Source: Marsupella aquatica (lineage: Eukaryota > Plantae > Marchantiophyta). From it: a stretch of DNA of 64,000 bases. Within the stretch, counting starts at the first letter, position 1. Every line of letters begins with the position of its first letter. Under the pieces are notes generated by a model. It worked only from the letters and a program-made list of their open reading frames with translations. It did not search any database and had not been told where the DNA came from. The stretch spans positions 9,801,660 to 9,865,659 of the forward strand of contig OZ316893.1 of assembly GCA_973895155.1 (NCBI GenBank). The letters run 5' to 3'. Of this stretch, positions 62,570-64,000 are shown piece after piece. The position numbers and the translations under genes are program-made.

Positions 62570-64000
62570 TTTTTTTTTGTTTGTTTTTTTTTTGGGGGGG
62601 GGGGAGAACCCCTCAACTTTTTAATTTTGAATAAAATCCGAGAAAGCCCACTGACGGGGGGAAACCAGAAGGCCAACAGGGGCAAGGGGTGGGCAAACCC
62701 AACAAAAGCCCAAGGCAGAGGCTTAAAAACTCCCGGCAAAATCAATTAACCGTGGAGAAAAGTCTGCCCAAAAGACACTAAAACCAGAAGAGCCTAACAG
62801 GCAAGGGCAGAGTGATCTCAGAGGTCCGACCTAGTTATCTGAGCCATACAATGAAAAGACACAATCATGAGAGAGGACTAGCATTGACTCTCCACCAGTA
62901 AAACTACCAGGCAATGAGAACCTGCTAAACTTCATATGATATGATTTTGCCTCCACCGATTCTCTGCCATCTCTATTTTTCAGCATCAACATATCGTTTG
63001 GCTTTGATCAACCTTGTAAATTTCCTGCTCAGTGGTACAATGTGAGCAGCTGCATATAAGCTGACAGGCAATTCTGATAGAATCAAATGAATGTCAAAGG
63101 GGAGTCTGGCACAAGATTTGAACATTTGCTGATTCCTGCTATTCCATAGCATCCACAATATCTGATAAGTGAAAGGAAGCTTGAGGATAGATACAGTGGT
63201 TTGATCCAGTGCCGACTGTATCAGTTGAATCAAGTCAAAGCCAGACCATTGAATCACCCCAGGAAAACAGTGTGCAATAATGTCCCAGCAGTTTCTGGTA
63301 AAAAAGCAGAATTTGAAGATATGAGGAATAGTCTCTAATTGTCCAGGGCACAGAGCGCAGCAGCCGTCGCTCTTCCCAATCCTCCGAGCTCTGCTATGAG
63401 TGAAGAGTCCCTGAGCAATTACTCTCCAAATGAAGACTTTAGCACGAGTGGATAAGTAGGAAGACCACAATTGTTTCCAGAAATAATTCCACTCATAAGC
63501 AGATTTGTTGCAACTCCAAATAGCGTTCTAGCTTAGCTCATCTAAGCCTTTTGGCCTGAGAAACTGATAAGATTGTGCATTTGCTATTTTGAATTGACGA
63601 GGTATAGTTTGTTGTCTTCCCACCGCCACTGTCGGGCATTAGCTGCAACGGACTTGTTGTCCACACCTGCAACTCTGATGACTTGCAGTAGATTCTTACA
63701 GACTTCTATTGTAGTGTCTGAGACCTGTCTCAGTCTACCTAATTTTAGAGAGAAATCCTTCGTCGTATTTTCCGGATACTGCCAGCAGTTGCTCACTTTC
63801 TTGACTCCTAGTCGTCCGCATAGGATAGCAAGATCCATAGAATCCTCCAAAGATAGAGAGTGGAAACCCCTGATACAACGGTTTGCATCAGGGATGCCCC
63901 AATGTCCAGGAATACCCAGTGTCCCCGGACTCATAGATTTGGAAGAGTTTATCTACGTATCTTGTCAAGTGTTCTAATCCATAATTATGCAAGTTGCAAC
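62570..64000 (-). mobile_element. 3' end of a LINE (non-LTR retrotransposon), running off the window
   Basis: zf-RVT-type motif WSSYLSTRAKVFIWRV...CALCPGQLETIPHIFKFCFFTRNCW in ORF 62973-63470; C-run then A-rich tail on the minus strand at 62570-62603. Confidence 0.85.

Overview
Eukaryotic nuclear DNA, most consistent with a non-seed land plant such as a bryophyte (inference from GT-AG introns, plant TE lineages and CG/CHG-type decay). Bases 1-14.4k look like one large hAT DNA transposon. Its BED/DUF659/hATC transposase (minus strand) is split by a young Bianca-type Ty1/copia element with identical LTRs and a GTAAG target-site duplication (TSD). Inverted subterminal repeats at 7-52 and 13218-13263 bracket two convergent, intron-less cargo genes: a non-RD protein kinase and a coiled-coil RING-H2 protein. 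The element ends in a GC-rich array fused head-to-head with a second terminus. The middle of the window holds host genes: a 10-exon UBA-UBX-UBX-RING-H2 protein, a GCK/twin-CX9C protein, a multi-exon gene with a Vms1/Bacteroidetes-type VLRF1 release-factor domain behind a transit-peptide-like leader, and one unknown gene. The right part has a second, decayed Bianca-type copia (TG...TA LTRs, CTTTT TSD), a probable solo LTR and the 3' end of a LINE. Both copias share a half-tRNA-Ile primer site, a central PPT inside a long RT insertion, and a covarying 3'-UTR stem-loop. All gene models and family calls were made by eye; no database search was run.
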